Assembly: GCF_000143415.4 (NCBI RefSeq) | Contig: NW_003314427.1 | Span: 144,378-208,377, forward strand | Length of the DNA stretch: 64,000 nt | Origin: Selaginella moellendorffii | Lineage: Eukaryota; Plantae; Lycopodiophyta | Reading direction: 5' to 3' | Shown here: positions 52,060 to 64,000 of the stretch, piece by piece | Numbering within the stretch: the first letter of the stretch is position 1 | How the letters are laid out: every line of letters starts with the position of its first letter | Position numbers and translations under genes: made by a program | Notes under the pieces: model-generated | What the model saw: only the letters and a program-made list of their open reading frames with translations | Told to the model about the DNA's origin: nothing | The model's database searches: none

Positions 52060-52445
52060 ATTTCCTTGGCACTGGGAAGATCAATTTGTTGCCAAACCAA
52101 TCTTCCAGTACCAAAGGAACAAAAGAAAAAAGAAAAGGAGTAGCTCCCTTAGTGTTGGGAAGATCAATTCAGTGGCAAATCAATCTTCTAGTGTTGAGGG
52201 AACAAAAAAAAATAAGAAAAGAAGCAATTCCCTTAGCACTAAGAAGATTGATTTATTGCCAAACCAATCTTTTAGTGCCAAAGGAACAAAAAAAAGAAAA
52301 AAAGAAATAGTTCCTTTGGCACTGGGAAGATCGGTTCATTGTCGAACCGATCTTATAGCACCAACACAATGACAAGAAAAAAAAACCCAGAATCTGATAT
52401 GCTAGGAAAATTAGTTTGCTGCTGAACCAATCATTCTAGTGTGAA
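52060..52445. repeat. Array of 4-5 hairpin-forming units, ~83-bp period, A-rich spacers
   Basis: Unit 1 arms TTCCTTGGCACTGGGAAGAT and ATCTTCCAGTACCAAAGGAA; similar units start at about 52145, 52228, 52311 and 52400. Confidence 0.85.
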
Positions 52446-53059
52446 GTAGCCATGAGATGCAAGTTGCTTGTGAGATAGGAGTAAAAGATGGGGAGATGGA
52501 AAAGCAACAAATAGGGAGATTGAGAGGCATACCTTGAATGAGGAGTATCTTTCTAGTGTCTTGAAGAGCATCTAGCGTCCTGATTGAGATGCATCTTGAA
52601 GCACATTACGAGATTCAAGCATTTTTCTCTCGCCCTTCCTTGCTCAAACCCTAAGTGTAAAACCCTAAAAATTAACAGTCATAATCAATGATCACGATCA
52701 ATGGTCATGATTTTCATTCTCTCTAATGGCAATTGCTTTCTAGATTCTAGTGGTATGTCAATTTTTAACAATACTTTAATTTTGCAAATGGTAGGATATA
52801 TTTATTGGACAAATCCATTATGAACATAAATTTCATATGTTCTTCCCAAGGAGACAATTATTCAATTCTTTAGATATTAAGATATATGTAATTGATTGTG
52901 AGAGCAATAATATTGTTGAAATAAATGGGGTTATGAGTGAGAGGCACTGATAAATCACAAGAGTTTTAGCATTGATTGCTTATTCTCCCTCTCATCTCCA
53001 TACTCTTTTCCCTTCAAAAGAGTTTCATTTTTTTATGATAAGTGAGAGAGAGTCAAGCT

Positions 53060-55867
53060 CTAAAAGGTTGGTTCATGCATGGTTTTTCCTTGCACAAAGC
53101 TAACTATGTAAGGAGTGAAGGATGAAGTTGTTATTCTCTTCAGTGACGAAAGTGAAAAAGATGAATTTTGTGACATAACTTCCCAGATAAGTAGGTGCAT
53201 TTCTTCTAGATCAGTTTTTGAAGCAGTGGATAAAGCATTTTGGCAATCTCAATCATTACAATTAGAATTGAAGGATTTCTAGTACATAAGAGGTGAGGAG
53301 CTTTTGTTTTCCTATAATAGGAATATATTCTTTGAAATTCCACTGGCCAGTTTGTCAAGTAAGAAGAGGGGCATAGAGACGCATTTTGATCCACATAATT
53401 GGTGTAGGATACCACTAACATGCAATAAAGGAAGGAACTTGCTATGATTTGTTTTGCTTTTTGATTCAATTTTAAGGCTGCTATTACTATAAAGGCTGGG
53501 AAGAAAAGTGCCGCAACTCCAAAGTGCATTCAATAATCTGTACTAAAGGACTATGTGGTGGACAAACTGATAGCAAAAAAGAGTTCACAAAGAATAGCTT
53601 GAAAGACATATTTTGAAATATAGAACCCGTGACAAATTTAAACAAATATAAGATTAATGCTTAACTCTACTTTGTCACTAGAAATACTTTTTTTTTTTGT
53701 AGAATAAAGAACTGGATGCAAGAAAGGCAAGATGGAAAGCTTCAATCTAGATTGGATGTGATTTTAGAATTAAAAAGAAAATATCTTTATGAGTTTATTC
53801 ATAGGAACTTGTTCATTGGTTAAGTGACTTTGAACATTCAACACTCTTTCATCTTTAAAATGTCCACCCTTGGTCTTGCTTATGGTGTGGACCTTGTACA
53901 TCAAATGGATATGGATGGAGATGGATTTGGTTAATTCTTGAATCTATTTCAACCATATGGAATGAGTTTCAAGCTGGTCAATAATGGAAGCCTATGTTTA
54001 TAATCACAAGTAAGTGGCTTTTCATTTTTTAAAGATTTTATATTGAGTTATATCATAACCATTTTTTCTATAGGTTGTAGTGCAACTTGATTATAACTAT
54101 AGCCAAATTCAAGGTTCAAGATTTCCAAGCTCAAATTGTCTTTTGAACATATATGTCTGAGGTTGTTGAACAGCAAATCAGGAAGAAACCCAACTTCCAT
54201 GGTTTCATCATAAATGCTATTGGTGTTAATTGGTTGGTTGTATAACAAGTATTTGGAGGTGAAAAAAATCAGTCATTATAAGGTAGAGAGAAGAGTTGTG
54301 AGTTTCATTGGGCAAAGAGTGTCAACAAACATTGCCAATGCATCAAGTCTAACTTCCATCACAAGTCCAAGCAACTTTGTCGAGAATGAATGGATGCACA
54401 AACTAAAGAGGAGCACGAGACAAAGGTAAATGAGATGTGCATATGGTGGTATGAAAAAGATAAAGTGCCAATTAAACACCTTCTATAAATAGAATGTTGG
54501 TTTGCATGGTGGGAAATATGAATGTTTCAATAGAGCCATTATATTCTTTATGTAAGTTTTTTCTCATTTTCTTTTCTTGTCACATTCAAATGTTGTATTT
54601 TTCCTAGGATCAACCACTTGATGACATTGCACTTAAACCAATAATTAATCTCTTTGAGAGCAAATATTGGAGTTGGAGAGCTTTCGAAATAAGGAAAGGA
54701 AAAATGTCCCTCTATAAAGCTATACTCTCCAACCTCACTAGATCTCTTGACCAGTCATCAAAAGCTTTGGCTGCACAGGAAATAAAGTTTATTAGTACAA
54801 ATCTAAACTTAGACAAACTTCGATAGTGGGTTGGTAGAAGGACAACACTAGTAATAAAGTCAATGTTTAAGATGGTGGAGGAAGTTGTTACTGGAACTTT
54901 TATAGAATCAAGTTATGAACCACTTGAGGACATGAGGATAGCCCATATGAAGTGTCGACAGACATTTGATGGGCTTAACATCACTCCTTCTAACTCTCAC
55001 CATCTAGAGCTTGACTACCATTCTGTTCTACGACACCAGAGAAAAATTAAGGAATATGGAGTGGAGGAAGTGTCAATTGTTACACAAGTAAATCCAGTGC
55101 TAAAGGTTGAGAAAATTATTGCTCATGAGCCAGTTTCTTATATTAACTGGGCAATTCGAAGAGTCAGTGCCAAGAGTAATGCGTGTTACTCCAGATTGAT
55201 TAGGAGTCGAGGTCAGTGTTTTGCATTTGTGCACTCAAGTTCAAGTTCTTTAGCAATACCATGTTTCTGGGGCTATCGAGATCTAGAGGTAAAGGGTTGC
55301 CAATCAAGCTGGATTTATTGTTGTGGGACTAATGTTACTTATATAAACAGGATCCATAGCTCAATTATTTCGAAGCCAGATTTTGTGCTAAAGGGGTGGC
55401 TAGTTGAGCAAAGCTGCAATCATTTGGTTTTAAGCTGAAGACTTCCTCAAATGTTGCTATTGATACTGCTATGCCATCAATGTTAACATTAGATCAACAT
55501 ACATGACCAACTAGAAATGAGATGTTGTACAACATAGGTCTTCCATTTCAAAAGGTGTACAAGATAAGATCAAGTTGGCAAAGGCGTTGAAGTGCACAAT
55601 TACAAAGATAAACTACATTAATGTCGTGGCTAAAGAGTTTGTTGTTGTGCTTGAGTTGTCAAAAGGTATGAACTACACTATCAAAATTTGTGAAAATCCA
55701 TCTTGTACCTGTGCAGATTTTACATAAAGGAAGAACAGGAGAAAGGCATATTTAGTTTGCAAGCACATCTATATATTTTTATGCAGGAACTAAACCAAGA
55801 TCCTAAGATTGACCATCACATCTACTAGGTAAGCCTTACAATTGTAGAGCTTGAGAAGTGTTTTTAG
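53060..55867 (+). pseudogene. Decayed Mutator-like transposase with SWIM (paralogue of 3997-7101)
   Basis: KKRGIETHFDPHNWCRI matches KRKGMETKQDVHNWCKI; shared exon start GATCAACCACTTGA (54608 vs 5824); EEVVTGT and WAIRRV; SWIM PSCTCADF..CKH at about 55700-55770. Confidence 0.85.
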
Positions 55868-56453
55868 ATTTCTTTTAGTGTTTGAATCTATATTTATATT
55901 TATATTTTATTGGTTGAATTTACTTGGAAATATAGATTAAATCAAATTTTGAAAAATAAAAGGATGTTAGTTCAAGACAAACCAATGTTTTTCTTATGTT
56001 TGAGAAGTCATGACCTCAGCTCATGAGCTCATAAGCTCAAAACCTATCCAGAGTTGTATGGTGTGGAATTTGGGCTTAAGCCCAAGCCAAATATAGAACA
56101 AAGACAGACATACAAGTGGAAGTAAGAATATATCTATGCCTTAATTTGGTTGGCCATGCCTAATTTACCTATTATCCCTATTATACATTTAGAACCCCTT
56201 ACATCCCCCCCCTTGAGGAATACACATTTTGGGCTTTCACCTTTAGCCACTCTTAGTATTAGGAGTTAGCCTCTAAGATTAACTTGAAACTTACTAAATA
56301 TGGATTGCGAAATTGGATGTAGAACCAACACTATTGTGTTCAAGACAATCTCTACATTCTATAGATATGCCAAATTAGCTAATCTAGACACTTTCCATAA
56401 ATAGCAATTGAAACCGAACGAGACCAACACAAAGGGCATGATAGCAAGGGTGT

Positions 56454-57418
56454 TGTAAGGAACCGACTCCCCGAGATGTCGTAAGCTAAAGGATCCCCAA
56501 AAGCATGACCAAAATGACAAAGAGTTCACCGGATGGGACCGAGTCGAAGATTGAGTCTAAGACGGACTCTGAGACCGAGTTTGAGATAGAGTCTAGGATC
56601 GAGCCGAGGCCGAATCGGAGACCGAGTTCGAGACCGAGTTCGAGACCGAGTTCGAGACAGAGTCCGAGATCCAAATCAGGTCCGAGACCGAGTCCAAGGT
56701 CGAGTCCGAAGTCGAGTTTGAGATCGGGACCAGTCTTGAAGGAACTCTTCAGTGGTGCTTCCAAATTGACTTGAGGTTGAGATTGGGGCCAAGGGGCCTT
56801 GGGTGGGAGTGAGCATGGGCTTGGGTGGTGCCGAAGGGGCCACCCAGGGAAGTGCTCAAGAGCAGCTCCCACTCCCGAAAGGGAAACCGACTGCGGTGCT
56901 CCCGGCTCATGTGGAGTGGTGCCTCACTTGAGTACCTTGTGCCTCATTGGTCCTCGCCCTTCCTAGGGGCTTGGGCCTTCCCTTTGGGATGGAAGTGGGG
57001 GGGTAGAGGTACCCATACCGGGCCGTTAGGCCACGGTGTTTCGCCCCGACGTCCCGAAGCAAGTGTTGCACCCAAGGCTTGGGATTTAAAGGGTCCCATC
57101 ATCAAGTCTTGATGTACCAAGGGGTGTTAGGAACCTGGAGGCTTGGTGTGCTTGGCTGCTTGTGCCTGTAGGGAGTGTAGCCGAACCTTAAGTCCAGTCT
57201 AACCCGGGGAGGGGGATTGGGAGAGATTTGGGAATCCGTAGATGGATGGCTAACACTCCGTTGCTCATGTAGTGAGTAGTTGAAACCAAGTAGCACCAAG
57301 TAGGAGTTGGTACAATAGGCGGGAACCTTGGCGAGAGAACTTAGCACAAGCCAAGGCGGTGTTGGTCGGATAGACGAGGTAAGCTGGCAAATTGGAAAGG
57401 AAAAATTTGTGGCTTACA
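56454..57418. mobile_element. Solo LTR (965 bp) with GAGACCGAGT-type tandem repeats
   Basis: TGTAAG...CTTACA ends with a perfect TSD GGTGT; inserted in the family-B LTR. Confidence 0.9.
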
Positions 57419-58479
57419 GGTGTTTGACAAACATGGTAAGCTATCATGTAGCAAATATTGAGGGATCAATCTCAATATAGCAAATGTTCTTGTCAAGCTA
57501 ATACATGACAGAGCAAAAGAGAACTAACAAGCCAAGCCAAGTATGTTTAGCTAAATAGACACTTAGGAATTATTTCCTTATGCTCGTTTGGCCAAGTACA
57601 AATGCAAAATCAACTTTACTAACACTTGAACAAAAAGGACTGATAAAAGGGTCTAGCAATACTGATTTCTTGCCATCGTAGTAGTAAGGAAAGAATATCC
57701 AAAAGTATTAACTAACATGTAACTTTTGATACCTAAAGTCACATTCCTGACATCTACATTCTTGTCTCTATTTATTTATCACTATTTTGCAAACAAAGGA
57801 AAGAACATGAGTATAAGTAGAAAAAGCCTTACTCATAGCAATCACAGTGGGATAAGCCATCACTCTTTGGCTTGAACAACAACTAGAAGAAAATCATTTA
57901 TGAATTTTAAATATGCCTAGCACTAGGAATCACAAGTAAATCTTTTTAATGATTGCAAAAGCCCTAAACCTAAACAACATTAAACAAAGGACCACTTTTT
58001 ACAATTGCAATGGTTTAGTGTTTAAAAAATGCAAGAAAGATAGTTTTTTAACCATCACCTAAGCCATAGAGCATAGGACAAGTTTGAAATTGGAGTTTGA
58101 TATTGCTAAAAAACTCAAGTTCAAATTGTTTTCCCAACAATTTCTTGAAAAGAATCCAAAAGAAGAAAGAAAAGAGTTTGTTTAATGTGGAAAACACAAT
58201 TAACTACTCTAAAATTCTTTTCTTTTGAGCAATTTTTCAGTTGGGCTTTTAAATGATACATTTTTCAGCAACGTATCACAATTTTTTTAGGTATACACAA
58301 ATAAGAAAATTAAACATCTGTAACTTTTGTTTTTGACTCCAGCTTAAAGAAAGATAGAGTCTATCTTAGTGAAGAATAAACTGGGGAATTATTCACCCAA
58401 ATGTTATAAGGCTTTAACAAAAGTAGAATCACAATAAGAATATTATATTGTCTCAAGAGAAGATATGCTGAAAATGTTT

Positions 58480-60342
58480 TGCCATTAACTGAGTTGTTGT
58501 GTAAGGATGTGACATATGAGTGGAATGAGAAGCGTTAGCAGGCTTTTGAAGAATTGAAGATGCTAGATTGGTCTCAAGAATTCCATGTTCATGTGGATGC
58601 TTTGGTAGTGGCGATTGGTTCAGTTTTATGCCAACCTTTTGAAGACAGATGGGATCATCCTTTGAGTTATGATAGTAGATAGCTTTCTATGGCAGAGAAG
58701 AGTTATTCAGCAATAGAGCAGGAACGATTGGGAATGATTTTTGCAGTGTGATAGTATCAACACTATTTGCTGGGCAAGGAGTTTATGTTTTATGTTGATC
58801 ACTAGGCCTCTATTTTAAACTGGAACTCTTGCAAAATTAGCAATCAGCAAGTCACTCTACCTGTCCTCCATGGCTTCAAAATAAGATTCTTAAGCCTGGG
58901 CAGAGTCACAGTATGCCAGATGATCTTTCTTGGTTGCCAACTCTTATTGCAAATGGAGAAAAGGGTGTCGATGATGAGCTACCAGATGCAAATCTTTTTC
59001 TGGTGGATCTTGAGAGCTTAGATGAGCAGATTTTTCAAGTTGAACCTGTTCCTGAGTGGTACGTTGAGGTAGTGCAATTTTTGGCGAGTGGTGAGTATCC
59101 TTCAAAATTTTCAAGCAAGCAGAAGAAACGATTGCTTCTTCAATCTTGACAATTTACTGTTATTGTGAGGCAGTTGTATCGAGTGGGAAATGATGGCATT
59201 CTCAGAAGATGTGTTTTATCACATGAGGTACCTCCAATTATATATTCTTGCTATGATTCACTAGTTGGTGGACATTTTGGAGCGGAGGCCATAGTCGAGT
59301 TGGTGAAGAGAGCAGGTTATTGGTGACCAACTATGCACAAGGATGTTGCAAATTATATGTGAGGTTGTGATCAATGTCAGAGGATGGGGAACCCGACATG
59401 ATGCAGTATGATATAATTGCAGCCACTTCTTCTAGTTTTACCATTTGAGAAGTGGGGAATCAATTTTGTGGGACCTCTTCCATCTTCTAAGCATACTCAC
59501 TGTAGGTATGTGCTAGTTTGTACAGATTATATGACCAAGTGGACTGAGGTGAAAGCGTGATAGGTAAAAAAGTTGCTAAGTTTTTGTACAAGTAGGTGAT
59601 CATTCGTTTTGGCTGTCCATTGGAGCTGGTTAGCAACAGAGGTTTTCATTTTTTGAATGAGGTGGTAGCTTCATTGACAAAACTGTACAGTGTGGCTCAC
59701 GGGAAATTGATGCCATATTATCCTCATTGTAATGGTAAGGTCAAGTGGACTAATGGTACGCTTTGCAATATTATTTCAAAGACTTGTTCGGACAACAGAA
59801 TAGATTGGGACAAGTAGCTTTTAGATGCAGTTTGGGCTTACAGGGTAGCTTTCAAAGTGATGACACAAGCTTCACCATTTCAGCTAGTGTATGGACAGGA
59901 AGCAGTGTTGCCAATTGAGCTAGAAATTCCATCTTTGCGTATAGCTGTGGAACATGATCTTGATTGGGATGGAGCTATCAAAAACAGGTTGCAGCAGTTG
60001 GATAAGTTAGATAAGAGGTGGCTCTTGGCATTTCAAGCTTGTGCAGTGATTCAACAACGTTGCAAAGTTTGGCATGATTGGCACTTCTACAAGAAAGAGT
60101 TTCGGGTTGGTGATAAAGTTTTGCTCTATGATTCGAAGTATTGAAAACATCCTGGAAAATTGAAGTGTTGTTGGACAGGGCCGTATCTAGTGGCAGAGAT
60201 CTTCAAAAATGGATCGGTCCAGCTTCAGGATTTTACAAGGAACTTATTGCTGACATGAGTGAATGGCTATTGCATGAAGAAATACTTTGAGTAACCTTCT
60301 TTATGCCTCGAGGATGATGTACCAAATTTAGTGGTGGGGTGA
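58480..60342 (+). mobile_element. Decayed Gypsy RNase H/integrase remnant with PPT; an LTR probably starts at 60343
   Basis: FHVHVDA, GGHFG, CDQCQRMG, PFEKWGINFVGP, IIRFGCPLELVSNRG, SPFQLVYGQEAVLPIE; AGTGGTGGGGTGA followed by TGTCA. Confidence 0.85.
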
Positions 60343-61503
60343 TGTCAGTGATAAAACATTGTCAAGGTATGGCATTTTCTTTTGTTTTTCTAATATTTGA
60401 AGAGTTGGCAAGTCATGGAGTGGAGAAGTGTTAAGATTTTAGAGAATATTCAAAAGAAGGATATTTGAAGAGTTCATTACAAGAAGAGAGGAAGTTAAGA
60501 GAAGTTAGGAAGAGAGGAGAATGATAAGTGGAGCTTGGCATGAGTTCGAGAAGTAGAACAATAGAGCACAGGATAAAGCCAATGTGGTGACACGGCATAT
60601 TCAAGTGCGGCGACGTTCGGAACAAGCAAGGTTATCTTGTGAGAAGTGAGTGAGTACAGTGTGCTTGCACTGTGGGCAAGAGTGAATTAAGCTATTAGTT
60701 GAAGTTTTGGCTAAATTATTAGAGGAATAAAAGCTTTTCTTCCTACGTAGATCTTGGAGTAAAAGTTCAGGGTTCTAGTTGGACTTCTAGTTATCAAATA
60801 TTGATCCCAAGACTTAGCATTGGAAATTTGTCATAGTTGTGAAGGTAAACTCAACTCTGTCAATAGTATTCGATCACAGTAATAGATCAAAGTTTTATTG
60901 TAAATTATTCAAATTAATTATTTTAGAAAATGCTAAAGTAGTTAGTATGAAAAAAAAATTTAAATATATCATTAAGCATAAATTAAAAAAACTTTCAATT
61001 TAAATAAACAAAAAACAAAACTTTTAAAGCTATATTTATATTTTTATTTCTCTTTAATTGGTTATTGAAGATTAAAATTTCAGCCATAATTCATAATATT
61101 AAACTTAGAAAACTATTTCAATACAATGAATGAAAAATAGTTTTTTAATCTCTTATGGCAGTTTTTTTTCTAAGTTTCACTTCTTTAAAAAATATAATAG
61201 ATTCATAGTCTAGCTTTATTTAGTAAAATGTAAATTTATAAAATTATATGTTCACATGATGTTTTTGAAAATGAATTAAAACAATATTTTTATTAAATAA
61301 ATTTAAACTAGTGTTATAGCAGTGATTTAATAAGGAAAATTTAGATAATTAATACTAAGTAAAATATAAAAAATATTATATTCAAGTATTTTCTTTTGTA
61401 TTTATGAAATTATTTGAATATAATAAATTTAACAAGAAAAATATTTTAGTCAATTGCCTTGAAAGAACTACATCTTCTTTTTCATATAATGTATATACTG
61501 TTT

Positions 61504-61506
<3 letters not shown>

Positions 61507-61548
<42 letters not shown>

Positions 61549-61556
61549 ATATATAT
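61507..61556. repeat. (TA)n microsatellite
   Basis: Directly visible. Confidence 0.95.
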
Positions 61557-62030
61557 AAAAGAGAGAGTACTTGAGGAGAAGATGAAGATTTTATGGATGA
61601 GTTTTTCCAGAAAAAAAACAAGACTAACTAGCAACTCAAAATCATCACAATTTATAATTCTATAAAATCACAGAGGTGAGGGTGCCAATCCCCTTACCTA
61701 TAGCATGTAAAGTGATCACTACTACACCCCCTTTTAACACACTTATGAGTGATTACAAATGTATAGGGTAAAATATGTTATTATACCTTCTAGCATATGT
61801 TATACATTTAGATTAATCAAGTATAAATATATTTAAAAATTTAAAAATTTCTTAAACAGCTATCTTCTGGATATTTATAAATTATAAAAATGTTTACAGT
61901 TATAAACTTTCTTAAGCACCCATTCTTGCCATAAATAATCATATTACCTTACTGTGCTGGGTTGAGTGATGGGCTCTCCTATCATATATGTGATGATAGG
62001 AGAGTGGCAATTCTTTGCTGTCCTGCTGTA

Positions 62031-62733
62031 NNNNNNNNNNNNNNNNNNNNNNNNNNNNNNNNNNNNNNNNNNNNNNNNNNNNNNNNNNNNNNNNNNNNNN
62101 NNNNNNNNNNNNNNNNNNNNNNNNNNNNNNNNNNNNNNNNNNNNNNNNNNNNNNNNNNNNNNNNNNNNNNNNNNNNNNNNNNNNNNNNNNNNNNNNNNNN
62201 NNNNNNNNNNNNNNNNNNNNNNNNNNNNNNNNNNNNNNNNNNNNNNNNNNNNNNNNNNNNNNNNNNNNNNNNNNNNNNNNNNNNNNNNNNNNNNNNNNNN
62301 NNNNNNNNNNNNNNNNNNNNNNNNNNNNNNNNNNNNNNNNNNNNNNNNNNNNNNNNNNNNNNNNNNNNNNNNNNNNNNNNNNNNNNNNNNNNNNNNNNNN
62401 NNNNNNNNNNNNNNNNNNNNNNNNNNNNNNNNNNNNNNNNNNNNNNNNNNNNNNNNNNNNNNNNNNNNNNNNNNNNNNNNNNNNNNNNNNNNNNNNNNNN
62501 NNNNNNNNNNNNNNNNNNNNNNNNNNNNNNNNNNNNNNNNNNNNNNNNNNNNNNNNNNNNNNNNNNNNNNNNNNNNNNNNNNNNNNNNNNNNNNNNNNNN
62601 NNNNNNNNNNNNNNNNNNNNNNNNNNNNNNNNNNNNNNNNNNNNNNNNNNNNNNNNNNNNNNNNNNNNNNNNNNNNNNNNNNNNNNNNNNNNNNNNNNNN
62701 NNNNNNNNNNNNNNNNNNNNNNNNNNNNNNNNN
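62031..62733. other. Assembly gap (N run)
   Basis: Run of N. Confidence 1.
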
Positions 62734-64000
62734 AGAGAATGTTTTGTTTTCCATACTTACATGGTAATGTGAGGTAAAAGAATGCCCCTTTTATAATCTG
62801 CACTGCATTAAGTCAAACATCTAAGGTACAACTAATCAAGACTTTTTTCAAATCCAAATATTCTTATTTATGTGATCTCATATTTCCTACTTTTGCTATG
62901 CCAATGATCTTAAACTTGGAATAATAATAATAATAATACTCAAGAATCTTTGTATATTTTTCAAAATCTAAACTTTGCATCTAATATTGGTTCAAATAAA
63001 TTAGATTAAAATGGTGTTTAACACCTAGATTAAGAAAGAATATTCTCAAAATTGAGTGCTTAACTGCTACATGGAGGAAAACACACCTTAGTCGTTAATG
63101 CAAATCAGACTTTACTGCATACAAGTATCTAGGTATCTGGATAGGTGGTACATGTGTTAACATAAAGCATCCCACCTAGATCTCTATGATGTTCGGTGTG
63201 CCCCAAGTTTCCTAAGGTAAAAGTCTTGGTGCAGCTGTAAATCTCTTTTTAACCTTTAACCTTTATACTTTGAAATTATGGTCTAAAAGAATATTCTCAG
63301 AATAACCTTTAATTTTGTGTCAAATGAAATAATATATTAAAGAAGATAGCTCACCTTGGTGCAACATGGCTGCCAAGCAATGGTTTCTTCATTCACCCAC
63401 ACTTTCTTGCAACGCTCAAGATATAAGGTGCCTCTAGCAGCCAGATCATCATTGTGTCCTTGAATGTTATTTATGGAAATAGTGTGGATTTCCACACTAT
63501 AGATGCTACAATTGATCAAGTTTGGTCAACACCTCTTAGTCTAGTTATTTTCAACAGTTATATCTTCTTTCTATAAAAGCATAGATACCAGTGACAAATT
63601 TATTATTATTGAGTTTAATTTTATGGTTGTGGAGAATCTCCAAGAAGAAAAAGATTTCTGTCTTCATCACTTTTGAAGGGGTTAATACCTTCAATCTAGA
63701 ATTGAGCCCAGCAATGGCAAGAGAGTTTATATGGAGTGAACTAATCTAGGTTTGGGTTTGGCTTAAGATCACTTATCCTTAACCATATCTAAACTTAGAT
63801 AATGAAAGGATAATCCAAGCACTTAGCCAAAAGCCATAAACATCACAAACACCTATTCCATCCTTTGTTAATTTCTGGAGGATTGGTTTGTTAAATGTTA
63901 TGCTAAACCTTATAAACTTACCCTCCGTAGCACATGATAATCATGAAGGTAAAATGCTTCCTTGTCTAAATCTTGAGTATAAACTGACAACTATCAAGGC

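Larger units (their letters stand above)
47881..56051. mobile_element. Mutator-like DNA transposon, copy 2 (~8.2 kb): ParB/DNA-methyltransferase-like gene (-) and transposase (+)
   Basis: Interrupts a solo LTR at both ends. Inverted termini CTGGGTAGTTTTTGAG (47887-47902) and CTCAAAACCTATCCAG (56036-56051) match at 14/16 positions. Both genes are homologous to those in copy 1. Confidence 0.8.
47524..57752 (-). mobile_element. Old solo LTR of family B, split into 47524-47880, 56052-56453 and 57419-57752 by later insertions
   Basis: The pieces are colinear with the intact family-B LTRs; TG...CA ends; TSD TCTAT/TCTAC. Confidence 0.85.

Noticed and set aside
52060-52445. CRISPR-like look of regularly spaced palindromic repeats
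   Set aside because: The repeats are degenerate and about 58 bp long, the spacers are poly-A-like rather than unique, there are no cas genes, and the context is eukaryotic.
47881-56051. Bacterial or phage contamination as the source of the ParB-MTase gene
   Set aside because: The gene has spliceosomal-type introns, contains a plant TRIM LTR, and lies inside a plant LTR next to a eukaryotic transposase.
61939-62803. ORFs of 250-273 aa
   Set aside because: Artefacts of the N gap.
63085-63460. Possible minus-strand exon remnants with splice-like boundaries
   Set aside because: In-frame stops and no recognisable family; not enough evidence.

Overview
Repeat-rich eukaryotic plant DNA. The 50-80 bp introns, compact gene cluster, PPR fragment, B-lectin gene and Crinkler-type gene suggest a non-seed plant such as Selaginella; this is an inference. 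A dense host-gene island at about 14.5-20.3 kb holds an unknown conserved protein, a RING-FYVE-SYLF protein, a TMEM230-like protein, a Zn-finger protein and a B-lectin. It is surrounded by nested transposons: Gypsy and Copia LTR elements, a LARD-like element with 1.8-kb LTRs, solo LTRs, a 5S-rRNA-bearing Cassandra-type TRIM and a 5'-truncated L1 LINE. A Crinkler-like NTPase + PD-(D/E)xK gene is split by a 12-kb retrotransposon nest. The main finding is two diverged copies of a Mutator-like (GCM-like + DDE + SWIM) DNA transposon, at about 1342-8189 and 47881-56051. Each carries a divergently oriented gene with a ParB/sulfiredoxin-like IIDGNHR domain. In the more complete copy this gene runs through several exons into a beta-class N4/N6 DNA amino-methyltransferase-like domain. 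That copy has short terminal inverted repeats and splits a solo LTR, which indicates it moved as one ~8.2-kb unit. Both copies are decayed here. An assembly gap lies at 62031-62733.
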